Positions 10,172 through 25,132 of a stretch of DNA of 64,000 nucleotides are shown here, in pieces (position 1 is the stretch's first letter; every line of letters starts with the position of its first letter). The notes under the pieces were generated by a model. It ran no database searches. It saw only the letters and a program-made list of their open reading frames with translations, and had not been told where the DNA came from. Position numbers and translations under genes: made by a program. Location of the stretch: the NCBI RefSeq assembly GCF_046119375.1, contig NW_027362764.1:189038001-189102000 (forward strand), in the 5' to 3' direction. This DNA comes from Phyllobates terribilis. Its lineage: Eukaryota.

Positions 10172-13100
10172 GTGTGGTGCCCTGCAAAGTCAGGCGTCAC
10201 AAATGTCTGTGAACTCTGATGGTGTGAGAAGCCAGCTCTTCAGCCATTTTTACACACACACGTAATTAGTGTAAGGGTCATTGTGAAGTCTGGTGGGTAG
10301 CAGCCCCCGCAGGAGAAATGCAGAGCCAGGAGAAGCAACCCTGGGCCCCTGGAATTGAGTGGTACTGGAGATCAAGGAGGCCAGTGCCTTTGCTTTGGTG
10401 ACTGTCGAGACTCTAGCACAATCTGTGCAGCCGCATGGGACATAGTGTCCTCTGCGGTTCAAGAAGTGCCCAATGGCCAGACGACGTCAGTTAGGGATCT
10501 GAAGAAAGATGTCTTGATATGATCCTTAGTTGCCAGCAGTGAGAAAAAAGCTGAGGTACGTTCCTATAAGCCTTACTGCACGTATAGTGCTATATGCAGC
10601 AGGTGAGAGGAGAGCTGCTACACATTGCCGGAAAAGAGCTGGGCTCATCACACCATGAGAGGCTGTTGGCTCAGTGTAATGAATATCTGTGGAGAGCTGT
10701 AATCATCATCATCAACTGCTCCAGTTAATGCGAGTTTTTTTTCCTGTTGCACCTGAGGTCTGGACATTGCTTATTGAGATGGGCTGATACTGTATCCCTT
10801 CCACAGCGCTCTCCTTCTTATTATTGCCAGCCAGCGAGACCACCGTGAGCGTTGGCCACCATTACACACCGACTCGGTGGAAGCCGACCCAGACATTGGC
10901 ACAGTACTATAAGTAGTAGCTGAAAGCTATGCTTCCTGAATACTCAGTCAGCACATGGCTGTCTGAGACAGCTTTAAAAGGCCTTGAGTGATTATTTCAA
11001 AGGTGTTTGCTGGGTTACTGAAGTAACGTAACATGGACTAGCACAGAGGGAGACAGCAATAGGGGAAGGGAAAAGTCCAGTGCTTGAGCCGAAACAAGTG
11101 AAAAACAACTACTTCCTGCAAAATATACCAAATGTATATTAGAAAGTAGGGGACAAATGTAGACTATTTGCAAAGTTATTTTTTGTGTCATAGTGATTAG
11201 GATAAACAGAATACAAAAATAAGTTTTCTATTTGTATTAAATGAGATCAGCCATTACTCCCCAATTCCTTACAATCCAGCGCCTGACTGACAGAGACCCG
11301 GCTATGGCAGGAGCACCCTCACTGTTCTTTCTGGTCACAAAGATTGTAAAGTCTTGTCCCTTGGCTAAGCAGCCCAAGATTATTGAACACTGTGGGAAAG
11401 TTTGTCTACTGCTCACTTTTTCAATTATTTTCTAGGTTTAATGTTATATTAATATAGGATTTTTCCCTCTCTCTTTTTCTCTCTCTGATCTCTCTTTTTT
11501 TCCCTGCACGTTCTTTTCCTCTCTATCTATTCTTCGCAGTAACATAAAACACACTTTTGAACAGACCCTTTTTAGTAGCGTTTTTTCTTCTTTTTTTTTA
11601 TCAGTAATTGTGTTTATAACCGAAATAAACTTCAGAGTACTCGAGGAATTGTGTAAAGTCAATAATTTACATGTCAAAGATCAGAAAAATGGGCATTCTC
11701 AACCAAAATGGTACTTTCCACTCAACGTCTGACCACATCCATGAGGGAGTTCCAAAACAGCCATATGTTTTAAAGGTCATGATTTCTTTATTTAAAATAA
11801 CACTTTTTTGTGGTAACTATTTTGTGGTAATATCACTTTTCACTTAGAATAGTTAGGCATTCATATTAGGAATATATGCTTAGCTTTTCGGCTCTGTACA
11901 GTCTTCCCTATCATTTGCTATGGCTGAAATGCTCTTAAGACTGTAAGACTATAACAGTTTCATTCTTGGCTCTCTGAAATTAAAATATTCTATCTTTGCT
12001 TGTTAAATTTCCCTTAATCTTATTGTAAAATACTGTATCCCTGAGTCATGCATGCAATCTAGGGAAAGTGCATTAAAATAAATTAGATTTTCTACTAAAA
12101 GTAAATGTAATCATGGGATACTGTTAGAAAAATGTCAGCTATTTTGTGCATTCACGGACAGCCACATAAACTGTAGAGGATTTCACGCAGGAAAGACTTA
12201 TGAAATGTCTGAGACATCAAAAGCATAAGATATCTGACTACTGCACTCTGGTCTTAAGAAAGACACTGGCTCTAAATGTGTATTACCCATATTACTATTA
12301 GGACCTAAATGGACTTCTAAATTAGTTTAAGTCTCAAAAAATAAAATAACAACATGAAAGTTTGTCGAAGTCAGTAACATCTTTGTAGTGAAGGGGGAAA
12401 GATAACACAGTAACTTTGTTCTTTTTATTTTAAAAAATTATTGCCCTGATTCATCAAGAATGGCTTATTGATGAAGTGTGCACTTCTTAATGACTTTGGC
12501 GCATCTTTCAGATGTCATGTGCCATTGTAAGAAATGTACACCAATCAGGGACTGATTTCTGTTGTAATTTAAACTACATTTGTGGCAAAAATTATGATTC
12601 ATTTTTTTGGGTGCGCTCAGCCAAACGCCCTCCAGGCCCAGCTATGCTTACTTTTCAAAAAGTTTGTTGGAGCTCACTGGGACTGGTGTAAAAAAGCCAA
12701 AGGTTGTAAAAATATGCCGTGGTGTAAAATGACGATAAATGTTTTGAAGATAAAATATGTTATCATTTTCAAAGGCATGTGACTCTGTCAGACCTATATT
12801 AGAAGTACCTGTATATAAAGAAGTATAGTGTATCGTTGGTGATCAATTGCAGAGGAGGAGTCAGTTGCATTTGACCCTCAAAAGGCTAGATATTATACAT
12901 ACATGAATCACTGAGTAGTTTTCCTAACCCCTAAGGAAAAAAAATACGATGCTTTTTGGTATCACACGTGTTGGTGGTGGCATGGAGTTTGTTACACTTT
13001 TTTGTGTAGACTTTTTTTTAGACTTTATAATACTGCATTTCTGGAAAGTTGGAGTTAAAAAATGCATGGCCTTTTCTCACATTTTTCTTATAGGTTGACT

Positions 13101-13370
13101 AGGATTAAAGCTCAGTCAGACGTCAGAGTTTTTTCTCGTACACAAAAAAAGACCCGAGTTTCATCAATTTTTCAGAATCTCAGAGTTTGATCAGTGTGTC
13201 AGTTTATCACAATCAAAGTTTCTACAATTTTTCTGGTAAGAAAAAACACCTGATGGAGGTTTCTCAAGCCTCTGCTATCAGTTTATGAAAAATAGACAGC
13301 ACAGAGATGGCATCCGTGTGCTGTTCGAATTTTCATGAACAACTTGCATTGATGACTTTCATCGATGGAA

Positions 13371-15335
13371 TGCAAGCGTCCCTGCGTGCTTCCTCCTTTC
13401 CCCTCCAGTGTACTCACCATCCCAGCCACGCTCCTCATCTTGCCTAGTGTGTTTGCGAGTGCATTCCCTTTTTTTAAAGGGGTAGCGTGCGCTGTCCTTA
13501 GATGTCCTCAGCCAATACCTGGGAGCCTCTGGTATTTAAGGCACCATCCTCCCATTGGGAGGTGTCTGTTCAACATCATGGACTTTATTGTCTAGCTTGC
13601 CTGTAAGCTATTAAGTCCGTTGTCAGGTCCACACCTTGCCCGTTCCTGTTTCCCTGGGTCTGTATGTACAGCCCTGAAACGTGAACCTGTACCTGTGTCT
13701 GATCTAGCCTGAGTCTGCCACCCTGGGTGCTGTATACCCAGACCTGAACCTGTACCTGTGTCTGATCTAGTCTGAATTAGGACCTGACTCTTATCCTGTT
13801 TGTATCTAGTCTGTATCTTTCCCTGTATGTATTTCCAGTATCTGAACCTGTCTCTTTATCCTTCTGTGTCTGAATCAGCAACTGTTTCCACACCAGCTGT
13901 GTCTGATTCAGTTTCTTCCACCAAACCTGTTGTCAAAATTAGTCCCTACCCTAAACTTGCTGTAGCAGCTCCCTTTCCTAAACCAGCTGAGTCTGTATCA
14001 GTACTTATCTCTAATTTGTTGTCGCTATGCAACATTAGTGATTATTGTGTACACTTGCTACTTCATTGTAAGTACCCTGTTTGAGCTTGGCTCTGTCTGT
14101 CCTGTAATTGTCTTGTGCAAACCTGACCCTATCTGTTCCATGTGAACAGAGTCCTGTCTCTCCTGTGGGAACCTGCGGTACCTTATCTGTCCGCAACTGC
14201 AGTACCTTGTCTGTCCTCAACTGCGGTACCTAGCCTGTCTGCACCTGCGGTTTCTCGTCTGTCCGCACCTGTGGTTCCTCGACTGTCCGCACTTGAGGTT
14301 CCTTGCCTGTCCAAACCTGCGGTTCCTTGCCTGTCCACACCTGCGGCTCCCTGCCTACCCGTACCTGCAGTTCCCTGCCTGTCCGCACCTGCGGTTCCCT
14401 GTCTGTCCCTACCTGCGGTTCCTTGCCTGTCCACATCTGCAGTTCTGTGCCTGTCTGCATCCGCGGTTCCCTACCTGTCCGCATCTGTGGTTCCCTACCT
14501 GTCTGCACCTCCGGTTCTGTACCTGGCTGCGCCAGTTGTTCCCTGCCTGTCTGCACCTGCGGTTCCCTGCCTGTCCACACCTGTGGTTCCCTGCCTGTCC
14601 ACACCTGTGGTTCCCTGCTTGTCCGCACCTGCGGTTCCCTGCCTGTTCGCACCTGCGGTTACCTGCCTGTCTGCACTTGCAGTCAAGTACCTCCCCTGCC
14701 AGAGACTCAGTTCTTCCTGAAGCCCTTCCAGTTTGTCCAGTCAGAAATGGGTCCTACCTGTTCCTGTATTCCAGTTGTATCTGTCAGTGACCCAGTTCTT
14801 CCTGAAGCTGTTCCTGTCCGTCCAGTCTGAACTGGGTCCTACCTGTTCCTGTATATCAGCCGTGCCCGCCAGTACTTACCTGCCTGTATATCAGCCATGC
14901 CCACCAGCACCTGCCTGCTTGTATATCAGCTGAGCCCGCCAGCACCAGCCTGCTTATATATCAGCCGTACCTGCCAGCACCTACTTACCTGTATATCAGC
15001 CGTGCTCGCCAGCTCTGCCTGTCTGTATACCAGCTGTATTTGCCAGTTCTGCCTGCCTGTGAATCAGCCATGCCAGTCAGTATATCTGCTGCACCTGCCG
15101 GCACGTATCCCTGCACGTATCCCTGTATGCAGTTCCTGCCAGTATCTGTCGTTACAGCTCCATGTCCATTTGGGGATCAGCTGCTACTGCCTGACGCTGC
15201 CCTGGAGTGGTATCTGACAGCTACCTGTCGCACAAGCCTGACTTCGCCACTAGAGGCTCCAGTGAACACCAAGGTAGCTGCTTAGTTATGCCCCTCCGGA
15301 GTAAGTCCAGTCCGTGGCACAGTCCGAGTGCAACA
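13371..15335 (+). mobile_element. Probable solo LTR of a gypsy-type element, expanded by internal minisatellites
   Basis: TG...CA ends, TATA-like ggtatttaag, pyrimidine-rich cctg repeats and a 3' ccggagtaagtcc motif. No TSD found, so boundaries are approximate. Confidence 0.5.
14165..14690 (+). repeat. 24-bp minisatellite (gcacctgcggttccctgcctgtcc), ~22 copies
   Basis: Direct reading; explains the APAVPCLS 8-aa repeat ORFs in several frames. Confidence 0.92.
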
Positions 15336-15599
15336 GTCCATAACTTGGATGAAAATCTAGCATGTTCTTGATTTTATGCAGAACACTTGGTAAGCAAAAA
15401 TACATGGACATGAGAACAGCGCTATGGAATACAATAGGTACAAGTCCTATATGTTAAAAATCTGGATAGAATTCGTATGTAAAAATCTGACATCTGAATG
15501 AGCCCTTTTTAAGTCATGATCTTTCTTCCAGTCTTTACAATATTAAAACATCTGTGCATATTTCCTATTTTCAGGTGGGATGTCAAAAAAGATTAGCAG

Positions 15600-15911
15600 C
15601 AGTGATGAGCGAGCATGCTCATTACTCGAGATTTACGAGCATGCTCTCGTGTTTTCCCGAGTATCTTCGGGGTGCTCAGATGTTATGTTACAGTCACTCC
15701 GTGCTCATGATTTGCGATTGTTTGGCAGCTTTAATACATGTGAGGAATGCCTGTTTCTTAGGCATGCCTCACATGTATTAAAGCTGTCAAACTGTCGCAA
15801 ATCATGAGCACGGAGTGACTGAAACATAACACCCGAGCATGCCGAAGATACTCGGTGAGCACCCGAGCATGCTCACTGAAAGGGTTAACAGAACATACTC
15901 GCTCATCACTA
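15600..15911. mobile_element. hAT-derived palindromic MITE (312 bp), probably mobilised by family A
   Basis: TIRs CAGTGATGAGCGAG / CTCGCTCATCACTA; perfect 8-bp TSD ATTAGCAG at 15592-99 and 15912-19; internally palindromic; CCGAGCATG-type subterminal motifs. Confidence 0.93.
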
Positions 15912-16537
15912 ATTAGCAGAAATAAAATGAAAAAAAAATGTTCACAATGCAGTAGCAGAAATGATCATTTGGTATTTGAGAATATATTTTATTATAAAAC
16001 GAAAAATGAATCTTCCTTGGACCCGCATAGGAATAACTAATAACTGCTGATAGAAACATAAACATAAAAATTAGACTTTAATGTCAAAGTTGGGAGTGAA
16101 CCCAAGACATTAGTAAAAAGGTCACTGTTCCAAGTATGGAATCAAGTTAGGAAAAGAAACAAGCAGCTTGAGGAAACCACAGTCATGCCAAAGCCAAAAA
16201 TAAGAAATCCATAAAAATGACAAAAAGCCTGATCTGAAGCTGCAACCTCAAGTAAATAATGAAGAACCATCTGTGAGAAATATAGAAATTGTGACTGGTG
16301 TGTCTTCCATATGTATCCATTCTTGCTTTAAAACTGCTCAAACATAAAAGTTGAAGTTGGAAAACTGAACTCATTACCAGACTACAGGAGGATAACTCAC
16401 TGGAGAGATTAATCTGTATGGAAAAAGCGCTGAAATGTGCATTTTATTTTTCTTACTAAATCAACAATTAACATTTTAGGAGCTAATATTAGTAAAGGAA
16501 ATTTTGCATTTGTCAAATTTGGGGGAATGGACTCTCC

Positions 16538-17986
16538 TTAACCCCTTAGTCGGGAGCAAATGTATGGAGTGGGGTCATGGGATGAGCTCGCCCTATAATC
16601 GACAGTTAATCGCTGTGACACAAATCCAGGACCTGCCTGTAAGAAGCCCAGGGGGAGCGGAGCTCAGGTCATGATTTTTAACCTGTTAAATACCACCCGT
16701 CAATCCATGACAGAAGCATTAACAGGGCGCTGGCATGGGGGCATATCATTTCATCCACCCACTAGCTGCCCTGCGATGTGATCGCGGGGTGCCGATGGGT
16801 TGTTATGACAGCCGGGGGTCTGTTAAACACCTCCATGCCTGCTATCATGAGCTCCATTGAAACCCAGCCCAGCAATCTATCAGTTTTAGCTGCTGCTAAG
16901 CTATGATTGGCAGCATTTGGGAGGCAGTGGTGAAAGAACACGTCCTCAGAAAAAACTGTGACGAAATACCCAGTTGGAATCCAATTCAGAGATTTCACAT
17001 GCTGCGTTCTAGAAGAAACAAATGTGAATATCTCTGCAAAGGAGTGACACAGCGCAAAACAGAAAAGAGCAGGAGAATCAGGGGAACTCAGGTATATTAA
17101 AATATATTAAATTCATTTTTTTTATCAAGTGGCAGGTCCTCTTTAAGGAGATTAGCTGTGGGGAACTTTTTTGGCATGATAAAAAGTGTGAAAATTAGCT
17201 TTCACCAAAAAATAAAAGAAACAAAAATAGAACAAGCCTTGCATCATGACCAGGAAAAAAGCCTATGTTGACACTCATCTACAAACAGCTGTTTTGGATA
17301 CTTGCCCCTCATCGGGGGGTGACAATATGCTGGGGCCTAGGCAGCACTCCTTCAACATCTATGAATAGTAGCAGAGATTAAAATTTTACATTTTGGGACA
17401 TATTTTTTGAAATTTTATTAAACTTACCAATTGTGCTTCATTTTAACATCATCTTAACAGACTGAAAAGCTGAGCCTTCTTCAAACCAGGTTGGTGCCAG
17501 CTGTGTTATACAGACTGCATCTGCATCTAACAGAAACTACTTGAGCTACTTTTGATTGCTTCAATCTCTAACAGCATTTTTTAAAGCCTGCAATAGTGCC
17601 CTTGCATCTGCTCTGTTGCCCATCAGCCCCGTGACATTATTGTGGAATGCCAGTAGGTTGCCATAATAGCCTGATGAAGGCCCCTGACACTGCCATCTTA
17701 GTACACCTGAGCATGGTACTACTGGTAGGTACCCCTGTTTCTGGCATCTCTGTACTCCTATACTCATAGAACACAGTGATTTTACTATATACTGCAATGC
17801 TGCATTATTGCAGGATATAAAACAAGCCATTAAATGATTGCAAGATCAAGTCGCCTAAGGGAAGTAAAAAGTTAAGTGTAAAGTAAAAAAATATATAAAT
17901 ACTAAAAAAATTAAAAAACAAACATATGAATTACCCATCTTTTCACTCTTTGAAAATAACTAAATTAAAAAATTTGCCATTGCTAT
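16538..17986. mobile_element. Fragments of a TTAA-CCCCTT (piggyBac-type) non-autonomous element, apparently continuing at 39017-39480
   Basis: TTAACCCCTT start. AT-rich sequence on both sides of hAT-A copy 2 joins across the ATTGCTAT TSD. Family assignment is recognition only. Confidence 0.35.
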
Positions 17987-18327
17987 TAGTGTTGATCGAG
18001 CACTAAAATGCTCGGGTGCTCGAAGCTCGGGCCGAGGAACCATGATACTCGGGTGCTCGACCCGAGCAACAAGCCCAATGTTAGTCTATGGGAGACCCGA
18101 GCATTTTTGCGGAGGCACCCCTGGCAGTCTGTAGAAAGCCTAAAAAGTGCCCAAAACGATAGTGACAGTGCTCAAATGACATGGGGACAGCATGGGGATC
18201 GCCCCAGGAAGCATTTATGACCCCCAGGTCACTGCTGTCAACAACGTGGTCAGAGGTATTAAGCCACTTTTACGGACTCACAATAAAACGTTCAAAAACG
18301 AAACTGAAACGGCTTTCCTGTCAAATA

Positions 18328-19922
<1,595 letters not shown>

Positions 19923-21569
19923 TATGTTAAGGAACATCCTTTCCAGGGTAATGACTTGTGTATAAGGTAAAATAAATAACCAAACACAAAAATACTCCTC
20001 CACACCGTGGGCTATGTTCACAAGTAGCATTTTTTATGCATTTTTGCACTTTTGCATTGCTTTCAACTGTGACAAATGCATTCACCAGGAAATGTCATTT
20101 TAACATTTTACAACCTTATCTGGCCATGTGCTGTGTGACACATGAATACAGTGCTGAAAAGACATGGGAGCAGCATGGGGAAGACCCCTGGAAGCATCTC
20201 TGACACCCAGGTCACTGCCTAAGAGTGTGCCCATCAGAAGTAATCCTTGCCGCATCAGAAGATGCAGACTTGCAACTATCCCCGTGCAAGTCCTTGTCCC
20301 AGGGCAGTGTTCAATTGTACCTCCCCCATTCCTTGCAATGCAAGTGCAAGTATGCAGCCTGCCACCCACCCACCCCCAGGTTGCAATACCATACTGTTTG
20401 CTTGCTTGCACTTGAAATTGGGCCTTTTAGGCAGGTGGAGGCGGAATCTGGCCACCACGACATGGCTGCGGCGGCGGCCTGGTATCCATACTAAGTCCCC
20501 AGCCGCCCGGCGGCCGGGTGTCCACGCTTAGTCCCCAGCCGTCAGGGGGCGGCCGGGTGTCCATACTCGGTCCTCAGCCGCCCAGCGGCCGAGTGCCCAC
20601 ACACGGTTCCCAGCCGCCCCTATTTGTCCCGGTGTGCCTTATACACAAGCGCGCATAAGAAAACATTACCTGTGCCCTCCTCAGGGCATTTAGTAGGAAG
20701 GACAGCCTAACCACAAACACGTGGACAAGTGAATGTGGCCAGGGATGGTCCATCTCACTGACGCCTTCACACTGGGTTAATATTGTGGAAGCCGGGACAC
20801 AGTTGACACTGGGATGCAACACGTCCTCCAGACATAGAGGATTGAGGGTCCTGGGTCAATCAGGCTTCAACACAAAGTTCAGAAGGTAGACAGCAGCAGT
20901 GGTTGGCCTCCTACACAATGAGTAAATTATTCATGATCATGAGGCCATCCATCTCCTTAGCTTTCTGTTCCTTGGAATGCAAGCGCATGTATGTAGTAGC
21001 GGCTAGGCCTGAGGTGGTCAGCGTTTTGGCGCATATCCTACCTCCTCCGAGGATTGCTGGATGTTTTCCTGCTACTATCCCAGTTCTATGACTCCCGTTA
21101 AAACAAAGCTTCAGGTGATGAATGATGGATGAGGTGGTGGCAAAGGAGAAAGAGCAGGAGGAACAAGGACCATTCACATGAATATCAGGTCAGTCAACCA
21201 CACATGTCTTGTAGGATATGTTTCTGTACCAAAAGGAGCGGTTCGGCAACACAGTTATAAGGCATACAGTGAGTGCGATGCCTACCAAAAATTTCGAGGC
21301 ACTAGAATGCCCTTTGGAAGTGACGTGGAGGTCAGAGGGCCTTAACTAAACCATTTTTTCCATTTATAGCATCTGGGTCTCCTGTACACTGTTGGCCTAA
21401 GCAGTAAAAGGAAGGCTTTTCAAAAATTATGAGTAACTGCAATGCCCCTTGAAACAGACGTGGATTACAGCGTACTAAAAACCTTCTACCCATTATTGGG
21501 GAGTGGGTCTCCCTTAGTGTTCGCCTATGCATTGAAAGGCAAAAGCTGACTAAAATTAGGAGGAAATGC

Positions 21570-23150
21570 AATGCCCCTTGGAAGAGTCGTGGAGGTTAGA
21601 GGTAACTAAAAACAACATTTCAATGCCCCTTGGAAGAGCTGTGGAGTTCAGAGTGGTTTAACAAAATGGTTTTAATGCCCCTTGGAAGACACGTGGAGGT
21701 CACAGTAGCTTAACAAGACGGTTTTAATGCCCCTTGAAAGAGACGTGGAGTTCAGAGTGGTTTAACAAGACGGTTTTAATGCCCCTTGGAAGAGACGTGG
21801 AGTTCAGAGTGGTTTAACAAGACGGTTTTAATGCCCTTTGGAAGAGACGTGGAGGTCACAGTAGCTTAACAAGACAGTTTTAATGCCCCTTGGAAGAGAC
21901 GTGGAGTTCAGAGTGGTTTAACAAGATGGTTTTAATGCCCCATGGAAGAGACATGGAGGTCACAGTAGCTTGACAAGACGGTTTTAATGCCCCTTGGAAG
22001 AGACGTGGAGTTCAGAGTGGTTTAACAAGACGGTTTTAATGCCCCTTGGAAGAGACATGGAGGTCACAGTAGCTTAACAAGACGGTTTTAATGCCCCTTG
22101 GAAGAGACGTGGAGTTCAGAGTGGTTTAACAAGATGGTTTCAATGCCCCTTGGAAGAGACGTGGAGGTCACAGTAGCTTAACAAGACGGTTTTAATGCCT
22201 CTTGGAAGAGACGAGGAGTTCAGAGTGGTTTAGTGGTTTAGCAAGACAGTTTTAATGTCCCTTGGAAGAGACGTGGAGGTCACAGTAGCTTAAAATTACG
22301 GTTTTAATGCCCCTTGGAAGAGACGTGGAGTTCAGAGTGGTTTAACAAGACGGTTTTAATGCCCCTTGGAAGAGACGTGGAGTTCAGAGTGGTTTAACAA
22401 GACAGTTGTAATGCCCCTTGGAAGAGACGTGGAGGTCACAGTAGCTTAACAAGACCGTTTTAATGCCCCTTGGAAGAGACGTGGAGTTCAGAGTGGTTTA
22501 ACAGGACGGTTTTAATGTCCCTTGGAAGAGACGTGGAGGTCACAGTAGCTTAACAAGATGGTTTTAATGCCCCTTGGAAGAGACGTGGAGTTCAGAGTGG
22601 TTTAACAAGACGATTTTAATGCCCCTTGGAAGAGATGTGGAGTTCAGAGTGTTTTAGCAAGACCGCTTTAATGTCCCCTTGGAAGAGACATGGAGGTCAC
22701 AGTAGCTTAACAAGACGGATTTAATGCCCCTTGAAAGAGACGTGGAGTTCAGAGTGGTTTAACAAGATGGTTTTAATGCCCCTTGGAAGAGACGTGGAGG
22801 TCACAGTAGCTTAACAAGACGGTTTTAATGCCCCTTGGAAAAGACGTGAAGTTCAGAGTGGTTTAACAAGACGGTTTTAATGCCCCTTGAAAGAGACGTG
22901 GAGGTCACAGTAGCTTAACAAGACGGTTTTAATGCCCCTTGGAAGAGACGTGGAGTTCAGAGTGGTTTAACAATACGGTTTTAATGCCCCTTGGAAGAGT
23001 GGTGGAGGTCGCAGTGGAATATAAAGACAATATCAATGCCCCTTGAAAGAGTAGTGGAGGTCCCAGTGGAATAAAAAGACAATATCAATGACCCTTGGAA
23101 GAGACGTGGAGGTCACAGTAGCTTAACAAGATGATTTTAATGCCCCTTAC
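21570..23150 (-). repeat. 52-bp satellite expanded to ~30 copies in hAT-A copy 2, with two largely alternating variants
   Basis: Period of 52 measured at 21721/21773. Variants ggagttcagagtggttt and ggaggtcacagtagctt mostly alternate. Confidence 0.93.
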
Positions 23151-23570
23151 AAGAGCCATGCAGTACAGCATATTAAAAACATTATTACCATTATTGGGGA
23201 GTGGGTCTCCCATAGTCTTTGCCTATGCCTTCCAAGCAAAAGCTGCCAAAAATTAGGACGGAGGAACTTCTAATGCCCCTTACAAGAGCAATGCAGTACA
23301 GCATATTAAAAACATTATTCCCATTATTGGGGAGTGGGTCTTCCATAGTCTTTGCTTATGCCTTCCAAGCAAAAGCTGCCAAAAATTAGGACGGATGAAC
23401 TTGCAATGCTGGCAACACGGACCACGGTCACCCTGGTGGTATAGTGGTGGTGGAGGCTGAGGATAAGGAGAAGAGCAAAAAACAGCCGAAATGAGGAAGC
23501 GTATACCCATGTGTGGGTGTGAAGCGGTGCATGGGAATACACCTCCCGAAACAACACAGTGTATTTGACT

Positions 23571-24619
23571 TTATGTTACTCTGCTGTCATTTGGTGGTGA
23601 TGAGAAGTCTGGCCCAATCCAGCCCTTGTTCAATTTGATAAGGGTCAGCTTGTCAGCATTGTCAGTTGACTGGCGAGTGCGATTATCAGTTATAATTCCC
23701 CCACGCTCCGATAACACGCTAGCGGCAGGGCAGGCCAGGACCTGCAAGGTGTACAGAGCGAGTTCATTCCAAGTGTCCAGCTTGGATACCCAATAATTAA
23801 AAGGCACAGAGGAATCATGGAGGACGCTGGTACGGTCGGCAAGGTACTCCCTCACCATCTTTTGAAACTTTCCACTCCTTGTGAGAGTACCCCGCGCCTC
23901 AGGGCCTGTAAGCTGGGTGGGTCTCAGAAAACTGTCCCAGAACGTTGACAGTGTTCCCCTGCCTCTGCTGGATTGGAGTTGCGTCTCTCTCGCCTGTACG
24001 TCTTGGTTGGTCAACGAACTGTGACCTCTGCCGCTAGCGTGTTTAGATGGGAATTTTTTTAACAGTTCTGCAGCAAGGGCCTTCTGGTACTGCCCCATTT
24101 TTGTAGACCTCTCTGCCTCAGGAATAAGAGAGTGAAAGTTCTCCTTGTAGCGGGGGTCTAAAAGTGTCACCAACCAGTAATGACTGTCACCCAACATTTT
24201 GACAATGCGAGGGTCACAGTTAAGGCAGCGTAACATAAAGTTAGCTATGCGTGCCAGACTGGTAACGGGCAAGACTTCCGTGTCCTCACCAAGATGATGA
24301 CTGACCAATCTCTCATCCTCCTCCTCCTCCTCCCCCTTGTCCTCAGGCCACCCACGCTGAACCGACGGTATGACAGTTGTACAGATATTAACGTCTACAG
24401 TGCATGATACCAGCTCCTGTTCTTCCTCCTCCTCCCCTCCCTCATTGTCCCCCAATGCACGTTGGGATGAGATGAGGCTGGGCTGTGTGTAATCGCCCGC
24501 TACGGCTTCTTGATCCATCTCATCATACTCTGGCTGCAATGCCTCCTCTTTAATTCTCTGCAGAGAGCGTTGCAAAAGACAAAGAAGTGGGATGCTGACG
24601 CTAATGATGGCGTCATCGC
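23571..24619 (-). pseudogene. C-terminal part of the hAT-A copy 2 transposase
   Basis: DDAIISVSIP...LLDPRYK...CPAASVLSER(GG)IITDNRTR; stop at 23571-73; VFSAA deleted. Confidence 0.92.
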
Positions 24620-25132
24620 TAGTGTTGAGCCACCCCCGTAGTGTTCGAGTTCGGTTCGGTTCGTCGAACACCCGTGTGTTCACCGAACTGTTCGTCGAAC
24701 TGTTCGTCGAACACCTTCGAACACCGTTAAAACCAATGGCAGGCAAACAAAAACACATAGAAACACATAGAAAACACCTTCAAAGGTGTCCAAAAGCTGA
24801 CAAACTGCTCAGAAGACACAACTAACACATGGAAAAGTGACAAGTACATATAGTCATGCGAAAAGAAAAGAGGTGGAGGAGTAAAAGGAGGGGGAGACAC
24901 AGATATAGGCATGTCATGCCCTTCTAAAATCCAAAAAGTGAGAAGCCGACACTTTCAGTCCGCTCCTGCCCGTGCCACCTCCGTGTCGCCGGGTTTGTGC
25001 CAGAGCCGCGGTGAACCCTGACGGCCAGCCCCCCTCTCCCAATACTGGTGCCTGTCCGCTGGTGGGTCGAGCGAGCCCCCCTGTGGTGGAGGCAGCTCTA
25101 AGCTTTTTAATTTAAATTGTCTCTCTAATTTG

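Noticed and set aside
10290-10530. Myb/SANT-like remnant (WDIVSSAVQEV...DLKK) of a Harbinger element or host exon
   Set aside because: Needs a frameshift, has no supporting TIRs or transposase, and the similarity is too weak to support by eye.
14142-14830. Repetitive Cys/Pro-rich proteins (APAVPCLS, PVHTCGSL, DRQGTAG ORFs)
   Set aside because: All arise from one 24-bp minisatellite that is open in several frames on both strands, inside an LTR-like element.
21570-23150. CRISPR-like regular array
   Set aside because: Units are whole tandem repeats with no unique spacers, there are no cas genes, and the context is eukaryotic. The same applies to 6255-6990 and 32380-34430.
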